Origin: an uncultured Desulfosarcina sp.
GTDB lineage: Bacteria > Desulfobacterota > Desulfobacteria > Desulfobacterales > Desulfosarcinaceae
Direction: 5' to 3'
DNA: 64,000 nt
NCBI GenBank assembly: GCA_963674945.2
Contig: CAXXWQ010000004.1
Coordinates: forward strand, 2,656,001 to 2,720,000
Shown here: in pieces, positions 30,210-40,404 of the stretch
Layout: every line of letters starts with the position of its first letter
Numbering within the stretch: the first letter of the stretch is position 1
Position numbers and translations under genes: made by a program
Notes under the pieces: model-generated
Told to the model about the DNA's origin: nothing
Databases searched by the model: none
The model's input: the letters and a program-made list of their open reading frames with translations, nothing else

Positions 30210-32267
30210 TTAGCTGGAACTGATTTTAAATCTGGATACCATTTCCTTGAGTCGTTCCGAAAGGTTGGAAAGCTGCTCTGCGCTCATATGGACCTGAGAA
30301 CTGGCATTGGCGTTTTCCTGTGCAGCGGAATTCACCTCGGCAATATCACTCGTAATCTCGGAGGATGCCGTTGAGCTTCGGGACACATTTTGGGTCACTT
30401 CCTGAACGCCGAACGATGCCTGGGAGACATTGTTGGCAATTTCCTTGGTCGCAACGGATTGTTCCTCTATGGCGGTGGCGATTGAACTGACCACATCGCT
30501 GACCTCGTTGATGACCCGTGTTACCTGTTCGATCTCACCGACTGTACTCGATGTGGAATTTTGAATTCCGTCGATGCGCTGTTGGATCTGCTGGGTCGCC
30601 TCGGCCGTTTGCTTGGCCAGCTCCTTAATTTCATTTGCCACAACCGCAAATCCTTTTCCGGCCTCACCTGCTCTCGCCGCTTCGATGGTCGCATTCAGCG
30701 CCAGAAGATTCGTTTGCTCGGAAATCTCTTTGATGGTTTCGGTTACCGTACCCACTTCCATGGCTGCATTTCCCAGTTCCTGCATTCTACTTGAAGCGCT
30801 TGCGGCCTGCATTACGGCATCGGATGCGATGCTTCGCCCTTTCTCCGTATTCTGCGCGATTTCATCAATGGACGTACTCATCTCTTCAGCGGCGGAAGCA
30901 ACCATGTCCATATTCTGGGATACCTCTTCGGTGGCCGCCGAGACCGAGTTCATGCTGGAACTCATCTCTTCGGCAGAGGAAGCGACCCGGGCTGCCTTTT
31001 GAGACGACTGTTCTGCACCGGCCGACATCTGTTGTGAAATGGCGGAAAGTTCTGTCGATGATGAGGATAAGGTCTCGATGCCTTCGGTGATGTCCCCGAA
31101 CATGTTGCGGAGATTCTCCGTCATCGTTCGCATGGCCCTGGCAAGCACACCGATTTCATCCTGTTGGTCCAGATCGATGGACTTGGTAAGATCCCCCTTG
31201 GAAATGGCCTCGGCCAGATCTACACCTTTCTTCAGTGGACCGATGATACCCCTGGCCAGGACAAAGGCCAGAAAAGATCCGGAAATCAACGCGACTGCGC
31301 CGAACAGCAGGACGCCTTTGCGTGTATGTACCGCAGCGTTGAGCATCTGGGTGTCCGTCATGATCATCTTGTGAGCCTGGCCGCGAATCTGATTCAACAG
31401 ATTTTGCACCTGGTGGAGCGCCGGCACGGTCATCGAGGCATAGACCGCATTGGCTTTTTCCTTGCCATCGAGGGCCTCTTGGGCTTGGTCGTGCAGAAAA
31501 TTTATTTTTTCAATGGTTTGTGCCAGAAACGGCAATGTGGTCTGTTCGAAGCTCTCTATTGCTTCTTCGTGGGAATCGGCCAGTTCATTCTCCACGCTGA
31601 TCGCAGATCTGTGGAGTTGATCGTGGACTTTGCCCATTTCCCTCCACGCCTCTTTGAAAGCGTCGTCTCCGTTATCATAGGCCCGTTTCCCATCGGCGGA
31701 TTGAAGCCATCGGCCCAAAGCGCACTTTGTCGGATCCGTCTCAACCCCAAGGCTCATGCGGCCCTGCAGGAAAGCATCCCTGATCTCGGCCGCCCAGTTG
31801 AGATGATCGATAGTACGCGCAAGAAGGACTGCCGGGAGATGGGGATCTGCCGGTGCAAAGTGGTCATGAATGGCTATGGCCGATTCATGCAGCTTGCGGT
31901 GCGGTTCCTCGATCTCTTTTAAAAGGGGTGCAAGGCTGGGAACTTGTGTTTCGGCTCTCTTTCGTCCCTCGCCATACAACCACTTCCCGAAATCGCATTT
32001 ATGATCATCGGTCTCCACATCCAGCGTCGTCACGGTCTCATCGGTAAGAAGCGCGTTGACCTTATTCACCCAATTCAGATGGTCGACCTCTTTTTGGGCG
32101 AGCAACCCGTTTAATTGGTTACCGCCGATCACCTCTTTGGCATTATCGACGATGCCGCCGATTCCAAAGATCGACCACATCGCCACAACCGACAGGAGCG
32201 TGAGCACTAGGCCGAAACCGATCGTAAATTTTTTTCCTAAGCCGATGTTTTTCCATTTCAGGTTCAT
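30210..32267 (-). CDS. Methyl-accepting chemotaxis protein with two CZB domains
   Basis: Two DHLNW...C.(F/L)G.W...H..LH motifs, [31 protein letters not shown]. Confidence 0.93.
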   Translation of the reverse strand: MNLKWKNIGLGKKFTIGFGLVLTLLSVVAMWSIFGIGGIVDNAKEVIGGNQLNGLLAQKEVDHLNWVNKVNALLTDETVTTLDVETDDHKCDFGKWLYGEGRKRAETQVPSLAPLLKEIEEPHRKLHESAIAIHDHFAPADPHLPAVLLARTIDHLNWAAEIRDAFLQGRMSLGVETDPTKCALGRWLQSADGKRAYDNGDDAFKEAWREMGKVHDQLHRSAISVENELADSHEEAIESFEQTTLPFLAQTIEKINFLHDQAQEALDGKEKANAVYASMTVPALHQVQNLLNQIRGQAHKMIMTDTQMLNAAVHTRKGVLLFGAVALISGSFLAFVLARGIIGPLKKGVDLAEAISKGDLTKSIDLDQQDEIGVLARAMRTMTENLRNMFGDITEGIETLSSSSTELSAISQQMSAGAEQSSQKAARVASSAEEMSSSMNSVSAATEEVSQNMDMVASAAEEMSTSIDEIAQNTEKGRSIASDAVMQAASASSRMQELGNAAMEVGTVTETIKEISEQTNLLALNATIEAARAGEAGKGFAVVANEIKELAKQTAEATQQIQQRIDGIQNSTSSTVGEIEQVTRVINEVSDVVSSIATAIEEQSVATKEIANNVSQASFGVQEVTQNVSRSSTASSEITSDIAEVNSAAQENANASSQVHMSAEQLSNLSERLKEMVSRFKISSS

Positions 32268-32510
32268 TCCAGGTGACCTCCAGGGCAGTGTGAATGTCTC
32301 ACAAAATACAATAGTGTATCAAATAGACACTATAATTGCATGATGTGTCATTTTTATGGGACAGATTATCGCCAAATTTTAAGCTGACTTTAGTTTTCTT
32401 TTCACATTTGATAGGATTTGATCGGTCAGAAGAAAAAGCCTTGTTCACTGGTGAAGTATTGCGTATTACTGGGTTTTGGAAGAATAACAGGAGGCAGCAA
32501 AATAAATCCA

Positions 32511-33320
32511 ATGCATTTCAAACCAGATTTTAATCCCACGCACGATCCGTCGGAATCCGCTCTGTGGTTTATCTTCGATAGAGGCCATCTGCTGACCAAA
32601 ATCAACAATAATCAACTCGGCGTTCCGGACACGGCCGACCTGGAATCCCTTGGGATCTCGCCATCCGACAGCCTGTATCTGGGATCTTTGGACGGCCAGC
32701 CATGCTACGCGGGTGCACTGGAAACGGACACCGCCGTTGATGAAAATTTCGAGCTACTCAATTTGCGAACGCTTTTCGGTTCGCTTCCGGACCCGTTATT
32801 CTGGGTTGCCGGCCGCGGAAATCAGTTTGTGTATTGGTATCAATCTCACCGATACTGCGGAAAATGCGGTCATGAAACGGACGATAAAACCGACGAACGG
32901 GCAAAGATATGTCCCCGATGTCAACACATCTATTACCCTCGCCTGTCACCGGCGGTGATCGTGGCGATTATCAGGGACAACCGGATTCTTCTGGCCCGCA
33001 ACCGGAATTTCAAGGGATCGTTTTACAGCGTTCTGGCAGGTTTCGTGGAGCCGGGGGAATCGTTGGAGGAGTGCGTTGAAAGGGAAATCAAAGAAGAGGT
33101 CGGCATTGCCGTAAAAAACATACGATACTTCGGCAGCCAGCCCTGGCCCTTTCCGGACTCTCTGATGATTGGGTTTGTCTCGGACTACGATTCGGGAAAA
33201 ATTGCCATCGACGGATCGGAAATCGTCGAGGCCGCATGGTTTTCAAAGGACGAACTTCCCCAGATACCCCCCAAAATCAGTATTGCCCGGCAGTTGATAG
33301 ACTGGTTCTCTCAATTATGA
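32511..33320 (+). CDS. nudC: NAD(+) diphosphatase
   Basis: Zn ribbon, YPRLSP, AGFVEPGESLEECVEREIKEEVG Nudix box, SQPWPFP. Confidence 0.95.
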   Translation: MHFKPDFNPTHDPSESALWFIFDRGHLLTKINNNQLGVPDTADLESLGISPSDSLYLGSLDGQPCYAGALETDTAVDENFELLNLRTLFGSLPDPLFWVAGRGNQFVYWYQSHRYCGKCGHETDDKTDERAKICPRCQHIYYPRLSPAVIVAIIRDNRILLARNRNFKGSFYSVLAGFVEPGESLEECVEREIKEEVGIAVKNIRYFGSQPWPFPDSLMIGFVSDYDSGKIAIDGSEIVEAAWFSKDELPQIPPKISIARQLIDWFSQL

Positions 33321-33471
33321 CGGATTCGTAAAAAGTCCGATATCGGCGTTACGCTTCATCCTTCATCACTGCGGCGTACGATCAGTACACCTCATTCCTT
33401 AAGGACTCGCAAGCCTTGATCTCGGGCTTTTTACGAATCCGTCCGAACAGCGACTTTTTACGAGATCATCA
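33319..33471. repeat. GTAAAAAG-type palindromic repeat (inverted relative to the 28802 copy)
   Basis: Perfect 17-bp IR gacggattcgtaaaaag / ctttttacgaatccgtc plus outer gactttttacgagatcatcaa. Confidence 0.85.
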
Positions 33472-33545
33472 ATTATAACACGCACAAATCTCGTTTCGGA
33501 GTTCGCCGAGCCTTTTTGTCGATGGGAAACGGCCAACGATCGCAT

Positions 33546-34265
33546 CTATTCAAGCAGCAAAAAAAGAGGGGGAAGAATTCCTTTGGGCTTTTGCTCGGGA
33601 ACGATGCCCATGGTAAAATAGATGTCGGTTTTCCAGTTGCGAAAATCACCCCAGGCGACATAGACCTTGTTTCCTGAAATGGCGATTTTCGGATCCTCAA
33701 CACGGGCAGTGCTATCGCCACAGGCATTGTCATTCAGGTACCCCCCCTTTGGCTCGGCAAAGTGCGTTCCCCCGTCGAGGGAGTAATTGTAACGCACGCT
33801 CTGGTCTAAACATGAGGTATCGTACCAGGCGAAAAAAACCAGGGAATCAAGGAGTGCGAATGATGGCGCATGGAATGTCAGCATATTGTATGCTCTGACA
33901 TCCACCGGATCGCGCCAACCGGTTTGGAGGGTATATTTCCGGAAGAAGATGCTGTTGTCCTGCACGTTGGTGACGCTGACGGTCCCGTTTCTCAGTTCCA
34001 CCTGGGGATTGCCGTAAAAACTCATTTCAGTATCTGTTGTATCCCAACTTGCACCGCCGTCTGACGAATGGTTGAGAAACAGTCCTTCCAGGTAGCCATC
34101 GCGCGTCTCAACCCATGAGACGTAGACATTGTCTCCCGAGACATGCACCTGGGGTGGCCAACAATATTTTTCTCCGGCCGCGCTGCCCAGATTCAGCCGA
34201 ACATCGTTGTTGAGCCAGGTCTGGCCATAATCTTTGGAATAATTGAAAAAAATATCTGCAAAATC
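33546..34265 (-). pseudogene. 5'-truncated Asp-box (BNR) repeat surface protein
   Basis: SKDYGQTW, SSDGGASW, SLDGGTHF; begins mid-repeat with no signal peptide; hydrophobic C-terminal tail. Confidence 0.65.
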
Positions 34266-34321
34266 TTTTTTTCGGCGCATGATTCTATAATACAAAATCA
34301 AACGTCTTACAACATAACTTC

Positions 34322-34493
34322 TCACTTTTTCAAACGCTTGATATTGCATTCAAATTGCCGGGTGTATGATCGGGGGGGAGTAGCATCAGATGCCGGGCTT
34401 TTCAAACATGCCGCCGGTATCTTTATAAACAACCGGATCTCGGCCGGCGTCCGTGTTTTCAAATGTTCCTTGGGCAAGCTCGTTTGGTATGGC
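34322..34493 (-). pseudogene. Relic of a dinJ/relB-yafQ type II toxin-antitoxin pair
   Basis: IPNELAQGTFENTDAGRD...MFEKPGI* overlapping ATG (TGATG), then after a C-run frameshift SYTRQFECNIKRLKK*. Confidence 0.65.
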
Positions 34494-34732
34494 TAAAACG
34501 TAAGGAAGGGGAATTTTTCCTCCAACTCCTCCAGGGTAGCGGCGGTATCGATCCGATGCATGAACTCGTCCTTCCATCTTTTCACATGTTCAAATGTGGC
34601 CTTTGGCCCGATTAGATCGATCTTCCGGGCAATCAATCGTCTGGCGATCTTGTATTCCGGAGTGCCCGGTTTCAGGCCGCCGTCCTCTTTCAAAATCGCC
34701 ATTATCATCGCCATGGCTTGGAATCTGTTCAT
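34493..34732 (-). CDS. Small hypothetical protein
   Basis: 79-aa ORF MNRFQAMAMIMAILKEDG... Confidence 0.55.
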   Translation of the reverse strand: MNRFQAMAMIMAILKEDGGLKPGTPEYKIARRLIARKIDLIGPKATFEHVKRWKDEFMHRIDTAATLEELEEKFPFLTF

Positions 34733-34925
34733 GGGAAACCGTCTTGCTGGGTTACGCGGTAATGCCTTTGTAAACCATAGAAGATGGTCAGTTGTCAACG
34801 CGAACAAGAGTAACCTTTTGGAATCTCTTAAAGATTTTATTAAAAAGGACGATTACTGTTTTTGGAAGTCTTTTTCACTTGACGGAACAATGCGTAATAC
34901 CGCTTCTTTTCCAGGGAGGCTTTTC

Positions 34926-35198
34926 ATGGCGAAAATCTTGGACTTTCCCAAAAAGAGAGACATCTTTTACGATTTCAAAGACAGATTTCCCACAGAGGCC
35001 TTCGAACCCCTGTCCATCGCATATATCAAAACAAAAGAAATGTCGGAAAAATTTCCTGTTATTTTGGAGAAACTACCTCCCGGTGCCAAAGGAGAGGTGG
35101 AATATCTGATCAAAGAATATGAAGCGCTCACGCTCATACTGTTGAGAAGAATCATGGGCCTTGAAAAGGCACTGTTTATCGAAAAGGGAAAAAAATAG
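34926..35198 (+). CDS. Small hypothetical protein
   Basis: GGAGG RBS; MAKILDFPKK. Confidence 0.65.
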   Translation: MAKILDFPKKRDIFYDFKDRFPTEAFEPLSIAYIKTKEMSEKFPVILEKLPPGAKGEVEYLIKEYEALTLILLRRIMGLEKALFIEKGKK

Positions 35199-35213
35199 CA
35201 TCCATTTTCCTTT

Positions 35214-35579
35214 TTATGTTTTTTCCAGCCAATCCCTGGCAAGTGCTACGGTGCGAAAAACCTGGTATTCGTTGGGCAGATTGTAAATTTGTGCAATGGC
35301 GGCAAAGAATTTTCCAAGCCCGATATTGACATTTTTGGATCCAACCAGCGCCACCTTCCGAACCTTTCCATCCGTGGAGACCTTTTTGATACTTGTCGCA
35401 ATGCCGTCCAATTCTGCCGTAGACACATCGAGACGCGACACGTGGGAAAAATCCCATAAGGATGCATCGGTCTGCTGATCCGCCATGTACCTGGTTGCCT
35501 GAACCACAATATCCGTGGCGGTAACATCTCCGGTCACCGTGAAAATGGTGCAATTTCCTTGTGTTTCCATTGAAATCAT
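35214..35579 (-). CDS. STAS/SpoIIAA-like hypothetical protein
   Basis: LWDFS, KVALV, VFRT...ARDWL pattern. Confidence 0.7.
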   Translation of the reverse strand: MISMETQGNCTIFTVTGDVTATDIVVQATRYMADQQTDASLWDFSHVSRLDVSTAELDGIATSIKKVSTDGKVRKVALVGSKNVNIGLGKFFAAIAQIYNLPNEYQVFRTVALARDWLEKT

Positions 35580-35663
35580 AATTATTTCAACTGCATCGCA
35601 CGATTCCGGACGGCTTGGAGACAAACCATTATGGAAAACACGTTGAATCGTCATCTGTTTTTA

Positions 35664-36392
35664 TCAGCCGGTCGGAAGCGCACGTTCTTCCCACCGTTTA
35701 CCGTCAATACCTTTTACCAGGAGCCATAACGCGAATGCCAACTCCCCGGGGACTGACAAGACCACAACGATGGTTGCGAGGATGCCGTCATACTGGGGTA
35801 AAAGAATATGTCCATAACTTTGCGACAGATAGCCAACAGATGCAATGAAAATCAATACACCGAGTATTTTCGGCAAAAAGCCGGATCGATAAACAAGGTA
35901 TCCAAGCAATAAGAGATGAAAGCCAAAGATCAATCCCCAGATCATGATAACGAAAGCGTTGATGTTCATGAACAGCAGCACCATCGCGTTCAACGGATCG
36001 GTTGCCAATGCGGCGAAGCAGCGATCCCCATTTAGCAGAAGCAAGGCAGGGACGGCGGTGAACAGGCTAACGGCCTGTAGGATGGCCTGCGCGAATCGGG
36101 CGAGGGCGGCGGCCAGGGAAAGGGGTCTGCTCACCGGTTTCAGGAGGACGTAGAGAAGGGCGCATATGATGATCTCTACGAGTACAATAAAGGTTTCGGC
36201 CACCATGCCGAAGCGGAACGTCCACGCCGAAGCCATCAGGTTCCCCAGAGTCGCGCCGGGATCGTTTGGAACGACGATGCCGGTCCTTCCCATGAAAAAT
36301 GCGAAGGGGCCGAGAATGAAGAGAACCAGGTACAGGGCGCCTGCGATTCTCGCGTAGGTGCACGGGGAGGTCTTTGCGTTCTGGGTTGTCAT
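35664..36392 (-). CDS. DUF4386 family membrane protein
   Basis: ARIAGALYL, LYVLLKPV, GLIFGFHLLLLGYLVYRSGFLPKILG, GELAFALWLLVKG. Confidence 0.85.
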   Translation of the reverse strand: MTTQNAKTSPCTYARIAGALYLVLFILGPFAFFMGRTGIVVPNDPGATLGNLMASAWTFRFGMVAETFIVLVEIIICALLYVLLKPVSRPLSLAAALARFAQAILQAVSLFTAVPALLLLNGDRCFAALATDPLNAMVLLFMNINAFVIMIWGLIFGFHLLLLGYLVYRSGFLPKILGVLIFIASVGYLSQSYGHILLPQYDGILATIVVVLSVPGELAFALWLLVKGIDGKRWEERALPTG

Positions 36393-36393
36393 T

Positions 36394-37245
36394 TCAATCA
36401 CACCTCTTGATGGCATCATAGTCCTGTACGCTGGACATACCGTAATCGAAGTAGACGATCTGACCGCTCATATAACTGCAGATCCCGCTGCCCATGACGA
36501 CAAGGGGATACCCCATTTCCTCGGGCTCGGCCGCTCTGCCATTCCATGGCTCCAGAAATATCTGATGGATCAGCGCCCTTCCTTGGGACGGATCATCCGG
36601 TGTAATCCCCTTGTAGAAATCTTCAGAGAGTCCGGTTTCCGTATTGCCGGCGGCCAAGGCGTTTAGCCGTATCCTGCGGTTGATAAATTCAGGCCGATGG
36701 ACCTGGGACATCACATACACATGCATGCATTGTTTGGAAAAAACATAGGGTGACGCAATTTGTTCCGGGTGTTCTTCATACCATGTCACGGCCTCATCCC
36801 AGGTCCTGCATGCAATCACTTCCTCACATTGGGGGATCACATCCTGCCACATGCGTCCACCGTTGGAGGATATCAAGGTAACGGAGCCGTTATCCGAAAT
36901 TTTCGGCAAAAGCCTTTCAATCAGGTATTTGTGGCTGAGAAAATTTGTGATGCTGACCTCCAGATCGGTGTGTCGATACTGGGCGATGGCATGGCACAGA
37001 AAAATCGCCGCAAACTCGTTATCCAGCTGTTCGATGACGGCATCGAGCTGCGCACGATCGCCCAAATCTGCCTTGATCGCCTTGGCGGCGGGAAAATCCA
37101 GTGGATTGTTCCGGACTGTGGCGTATACGTTGGCACCCAATTCAGCCAGCAGCCTGCCCGCAGCTTTTCCCATACCGGAACCGGCGCCGGTAATGAACAC
37201 GTTTTTTCCTTCGAATCCAAAAATTGATTTCAATTGAATGCTCAT
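36394..37245 (-). CDS. Short-chain dehydrogenase (3-alpha-HSD/coniferyl-alcohol dehydrogenase-like)
   Basis: TGAGSGMG, ISS, YVFSK, IRLN..AAG.TET. Confidence 0.88.
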   Translation of the reverse strand: MSIQLKSIFGFEGKNVFITGAGSGMGKAAGRLLAELGANVYATVRNNPLDFPAAKAIKADLGDRAQLDAVIEQLDNEFAAIFLCHAIAQYRHTDLEVSITNFLSHKYLIERLLPKISDNGSVTLISSNGGRMWQDVIPQCEEVIACRTWDEAVTWYEEHPEQIASPYVFSKQCMHVYVMSQVHRPEFINRRIRLNALAAGNTETGLSEDFYKGITPDDPSQGRALIHQIFLEPWNGRAAEPEEMGYPLVVMGSGICSYMSGQIVYFDYGMSSVQDYDAIKRCD

Positions 37246-37320
37246 GTTGTTTTTCTCTTTCTATATGCAACCCTATTTATGCTTAATTACCATCAAGGGC
37301 GAACTGATCGGAAATTCGAA

Positions 37321-37457
37321 GCTATCTCAAAAATAGGATTCCGGTTCAAGATCAAGGCGGTTCCGCGTTTCGAACCGCAGGCATATATGGAATATGTTGA
37401 GGATTTGAAACGCGGATCCAACACAGATATTGGACAGGAAGACATTTTTGAGATGGT
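37321..37457. repeat. Dispersed palindromic repeat, CAAGGCGG family, copy 3
   Basis: IR gctatctcaaaaat / atttttgagatggt; shares caaggcgg and gcatatatggaatatgt with the 3397 copy. Confidence 0.75.
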
Positions 37458-37459
37458 TT

Positions 37460-38692
37460 CTAACAATATTTGTCAACTCTCTTCGCAATCTTAATCCGAA
37501 CGGTGTTTTCGGGAACGCCTTCCGTCTCGCGCCACAGTGACCATTGCGTGCCGATGAGTGTCTTGCTCATACCATACCACATGGAAAGATAGGCCGTCGT
37601 TATGAGCGACATATCACACCCGATGCCGCGCTCGAGGGTGCTTTTGTCGATATCGAGAACGACTTCCTTCTCGTCGAAAGCCGCGATGGCATAATCGATC
37701 AGTGTGGCCTGGAGTACGACTTCGATCAGACCGCCGAGCACGCGGCCGTCATTGACATCACCGGGAACGCCGAGCCAGTCACGGACACCTTTGATCGCCG
37801 CGAATTCGGAAAATGCCATCTTGCCGGCGGCCTCAAACACGCATTTGGTTACATTTTGAACCTTTTCCTTATCGGGTTCCATGGCCTCCAGTGTCGCGAT
37901 GACATCGTTGCTGCCGAGATGTGTCATCATCGAGTGAGAATACAGCTCGGCGGCGGTCCACTCTGCGCAATACCCGTTGCGGTATTTGCCGCCACCTTCC
38001 GGGCGGTACTGCTGCGGCTCCTTATAGCATTTTTCTTCGGGAGTGAATTTGATCTGGTCCGCCGTTGCGATCGGGCCAAAGGTTTCGTAGCATTCCTTTC
38101 TGGGAGACATCGGATATTTCTCACGGTTTTCACCGATAACGCGGCAATGCAGATCGCCGCAGCCCTTTGCCTCCACCATGTTGAATTCCATGCTCGGCTC
38201 GCCGAATGTGTTGCTGATCGCCTCGAAATAGGAAGTCGTGGCGCGGCAGAATTCAGAGCCGACGATATCCCATGGACAGGTATCGAGCTCTTTCTCGAAA
38301 CGATACGAACCGTAGTCATTGACGCGGCCGGTCATCAGCATGGACTCGTCTCCCTGGTCTCCCGCCAGCACACCGATCATGGTACCTTTGACAAAAGGGG
38401 GAACATTTTGTCTCTCTTTGTGCATTTGTTGCACTTCGGGAATTTGAAATACACTGCGGAGTCTTTGTGTGTTGATATCGACGAACGCCTTTGTGCGTTC
38501 GTGATAATCCGGAATAATGATACGCAGCACCTGCATGAAGGTCGCCGCAACACTCGCGATGTGCCGGCAAGCATAATGATGTGCATCGTGGAACGATATG
38601 AGTTTCTCCCATGGGGTCTTTACTGCAGGATGGTCCGCAAGCAGCCCCGATTCAAGACCCGAAGGTCGGCGTGTTTTATTTGTTTCCGCCAT
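37460..38692 (-). CDS. Hypothetical protein (410 aa) with V4R-like Cys motif
   Basis: GAAGGAG RBS; ELDTCPWDIVGSEFCR...AKGCGDLHCR. Confidence 0.8.
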   Translation of the reverse strand: MAETNKTRRPSGLESGLLADHPAVKTPWEKLISFHDAHHYACRHIASVAATFMQVLRIIIPDYHERTKAFVDINTQRLRSVFQIPEVQQMHKERQNVPPFVKGTMIGVLAGDQGDESMLMTGRVNDYGSYRFEKELDTCPWDIVGSEFCRATTSYFEAISNTFGEPSMEFNMVEAKGCGDLHCRVIGENREKYPMSPRKECYETFGPIATADQIKFTPEEKCYKEPQQYRPEGGGKYRNGYCAEWTAAELYSHSMMTHLGSNDVIATLEAMEPDKEKVQNVTKCVFEAAGKMAFSEFAAIKGVRDWLGVPGDVNDGRVLGGLIEVVLQATLIDYAIAAFDEKEVVLDIDKSTLERGIGCDMSLITTAYLSMWYGMSKTLIGTQWSLWRETEGVPENTVRIKIAKRVDKYC

Positions 38693-38738
38693 ATTGTTTT
38701 CTCCTTCAAATGATCGTGGTAGCGTAGATACCTTCCCC

Positions 38739-39770
38739 TCATTTACCGAAGATTCTTTTGTTTTCTCTATCATACCAGATTCTGTCCGTTAAAGTTGCCG
38801 CATATCCACTGATGATTGCCCTGTCTCCGATGTTTGCCCTGGCCCTGTCGACCAGAGCGAATCCGATGCATTTTTCGTTTGTGTAGCTGTAGGTAAACTT
38901 GGTCACTCTTCCGACCTCTTGGCCATCAACCATGACGACAGCGCCGAATGAGCCCCTGTTCATGCCTTCGATATGCGCTGCATCGTCATCGACGGTGAAT
39001 CCGAGCAAGTGACGTTTCGGGCCTTCCGCTTTGATTTTTTCCAATGCCGACTTGCCGATGAACTCTTTGTCCCAGTCAATCGTTCGATCGAAACCGGTTT
39101 CGAGGGGATTCGTTCCGCGCAGATCGCTCATGAGGTTGTACCCCTTTTCACTGGGAAGGGTCCAAACCACGACCTGAAACTCGGTAATCTGCATTGCGTC
39201 GAACGCTTTTCCGCATTCGGCGAGCTTTGACTCCACCAGCGCCATATTTTCCGGTGCGAAGTAGATTTCATATCCCAGTTCACCGGTATATCCGGTTCTG
39301 GCGACTTTTACCGGGATATTTTCGATTCCGTTGTCTCTGATCGCAAAAAACTTCAGGTCGTCGATTTTTTCCGCCAAAATGGCGTTTACCAGATCCCTGG
39401 ATTTCGGACCCTGCACCGCAATCATTTCCATCGTGCTGGTTATATCTTCGTATTTCACATTGCTCTCGTCTTTGTGCGCATCGAGCCACGCGATCAGTTT
39501 CTTTACATGAAGCGTCGAGATCCAGTATTGGTTCTCTTCCATGTGAAATACGATAACGTCATCGATGATGATACCGTCTTCATCCAGCATGGTCGTATAT
39601 TTTGCGCCGCCCACCTTTGTCCTGGCAATGGAACTTGCAAAGATCCTGTCCAGAAAAGCGGTTGCATCCGCCCCTGTTACCGCAAGCAGGTGATGGGTCC
39701 AGCAATACCATCCGACCGCATTTCTAACGGCTTCGTGCTGCGCCTTCATGGCAGCGTCGTCTATCAGCAT
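38739..39770 (-). CDS. GcvT-family aminomethyltransferase/THF-dependent demethylase-like protein
   Basis: HEAVR, YTTMLDEDG.IIDD, AVQGP.SR, RTGYTGELGYEI, FIGKSAL. Confidence 0.9.
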   Translation of the reverse strand: MLIDDAAMKAQHEAVRNAVGWYCWTHHLLAVTGADATAFLDRIFASSIARTKVGGAKYTTMLDEDGIIIDDVIVFHMEENQYWISTLHVKKLIAWLDAHKDESNVKYEDITSTMEMIAVQGPKSRDLVNAILAEKIDDLKFFAIRDNGIENIPVKVARTGYTGELGYEIYFAPENMALVESKLAECGKAFDAMQITEFQVVVWTLPSEKGYNLMSDLRGTNPLETGFDRTIDWDKEFIGKSALEKIKAEGPKRHLLGFTVDDDAAHIEGMNRGSFGAVVMVDGQEVGRVTKFTYSYTNEKCIGFALVDRARANIGDRAIISGYAATLTDRIWYDRENKRIFGK

Positions 39771-39803
39771 TTTCGTTCCCTCCTTTTCAGTGGATGTCTT
39801 TTA

Positions 39804-40358
39804 TTATTCTTTCTCATCTTTTTCCCACGAAGCAACCAGGGGCCTTTCGGGAGAAGGATAAGGTGGTTCTTCATAATTCTTGACCTCCTGCACTGCGGCA
39901 CTTCGCAGCTTAAACAACAAATTCCTTAACTGCCCCGTCTCTTCGAAGGTCAGGGAAGACAGAACCTTCGGCAAAAACAGGCTCTTTGCCTCCAGCTCGG
40001 CGAGTATCTGCTGCCCTTTTTCGGTCAGCTCGATCACGATGTAGGTTTTGTCGTTGGGTTTCGCGCGCTTCTTTTTCCGAATAAAACCTTTTCGGTGAAG
40101 CCGTTGCACCATGGTGATGATACTCGTGTGCCTGCGCATCATCCAGCGGGCCAATTCGGCCTGTGTGGCATCTTCCCCGAGGGCCTTGACAACGGATAGA
40201 AACGCGAACCCGTCACCGGTAATGGGGTAATCGGCCAGCATCTGGTCGCTGCCCTGGCTCAGGAGGGTATGAACCTGCCCCACCAGGAATCCGAGTTCCC
40301 AGATGGCCCCTTTTTCATCTACCCGGGCTTCCTTCACCAATTGATGTAATCGCTTCAC
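39804..40358 (-). CDS. MarR family transcriptional regulator
   Basis: TQAELAR...V.RL.RKGFI, IELTEKG. Confidence 0.85.
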   Translation of the reverse strand: MKRLHQLVKEARVDEKGAIWELGFLVGQVHTLLSQGSDQMLADYPITGDGFAFLSVVKALGEDATQAELARWMMRRHTSIITMVQRLHRKGFIRKKKRAKPNDKTYIVIELTEKGQQILAELEAKSLFLPKVLSSLTFEETGQLRNLLFKLRSAAVQEVKNYEEPPYPSPERPLVASWEKDEKE

Positions 40359-40404
40359 GGCAGTTGCAACCCACTATAATTCATATTTTTTAATCTCCTT
40401 CCAT

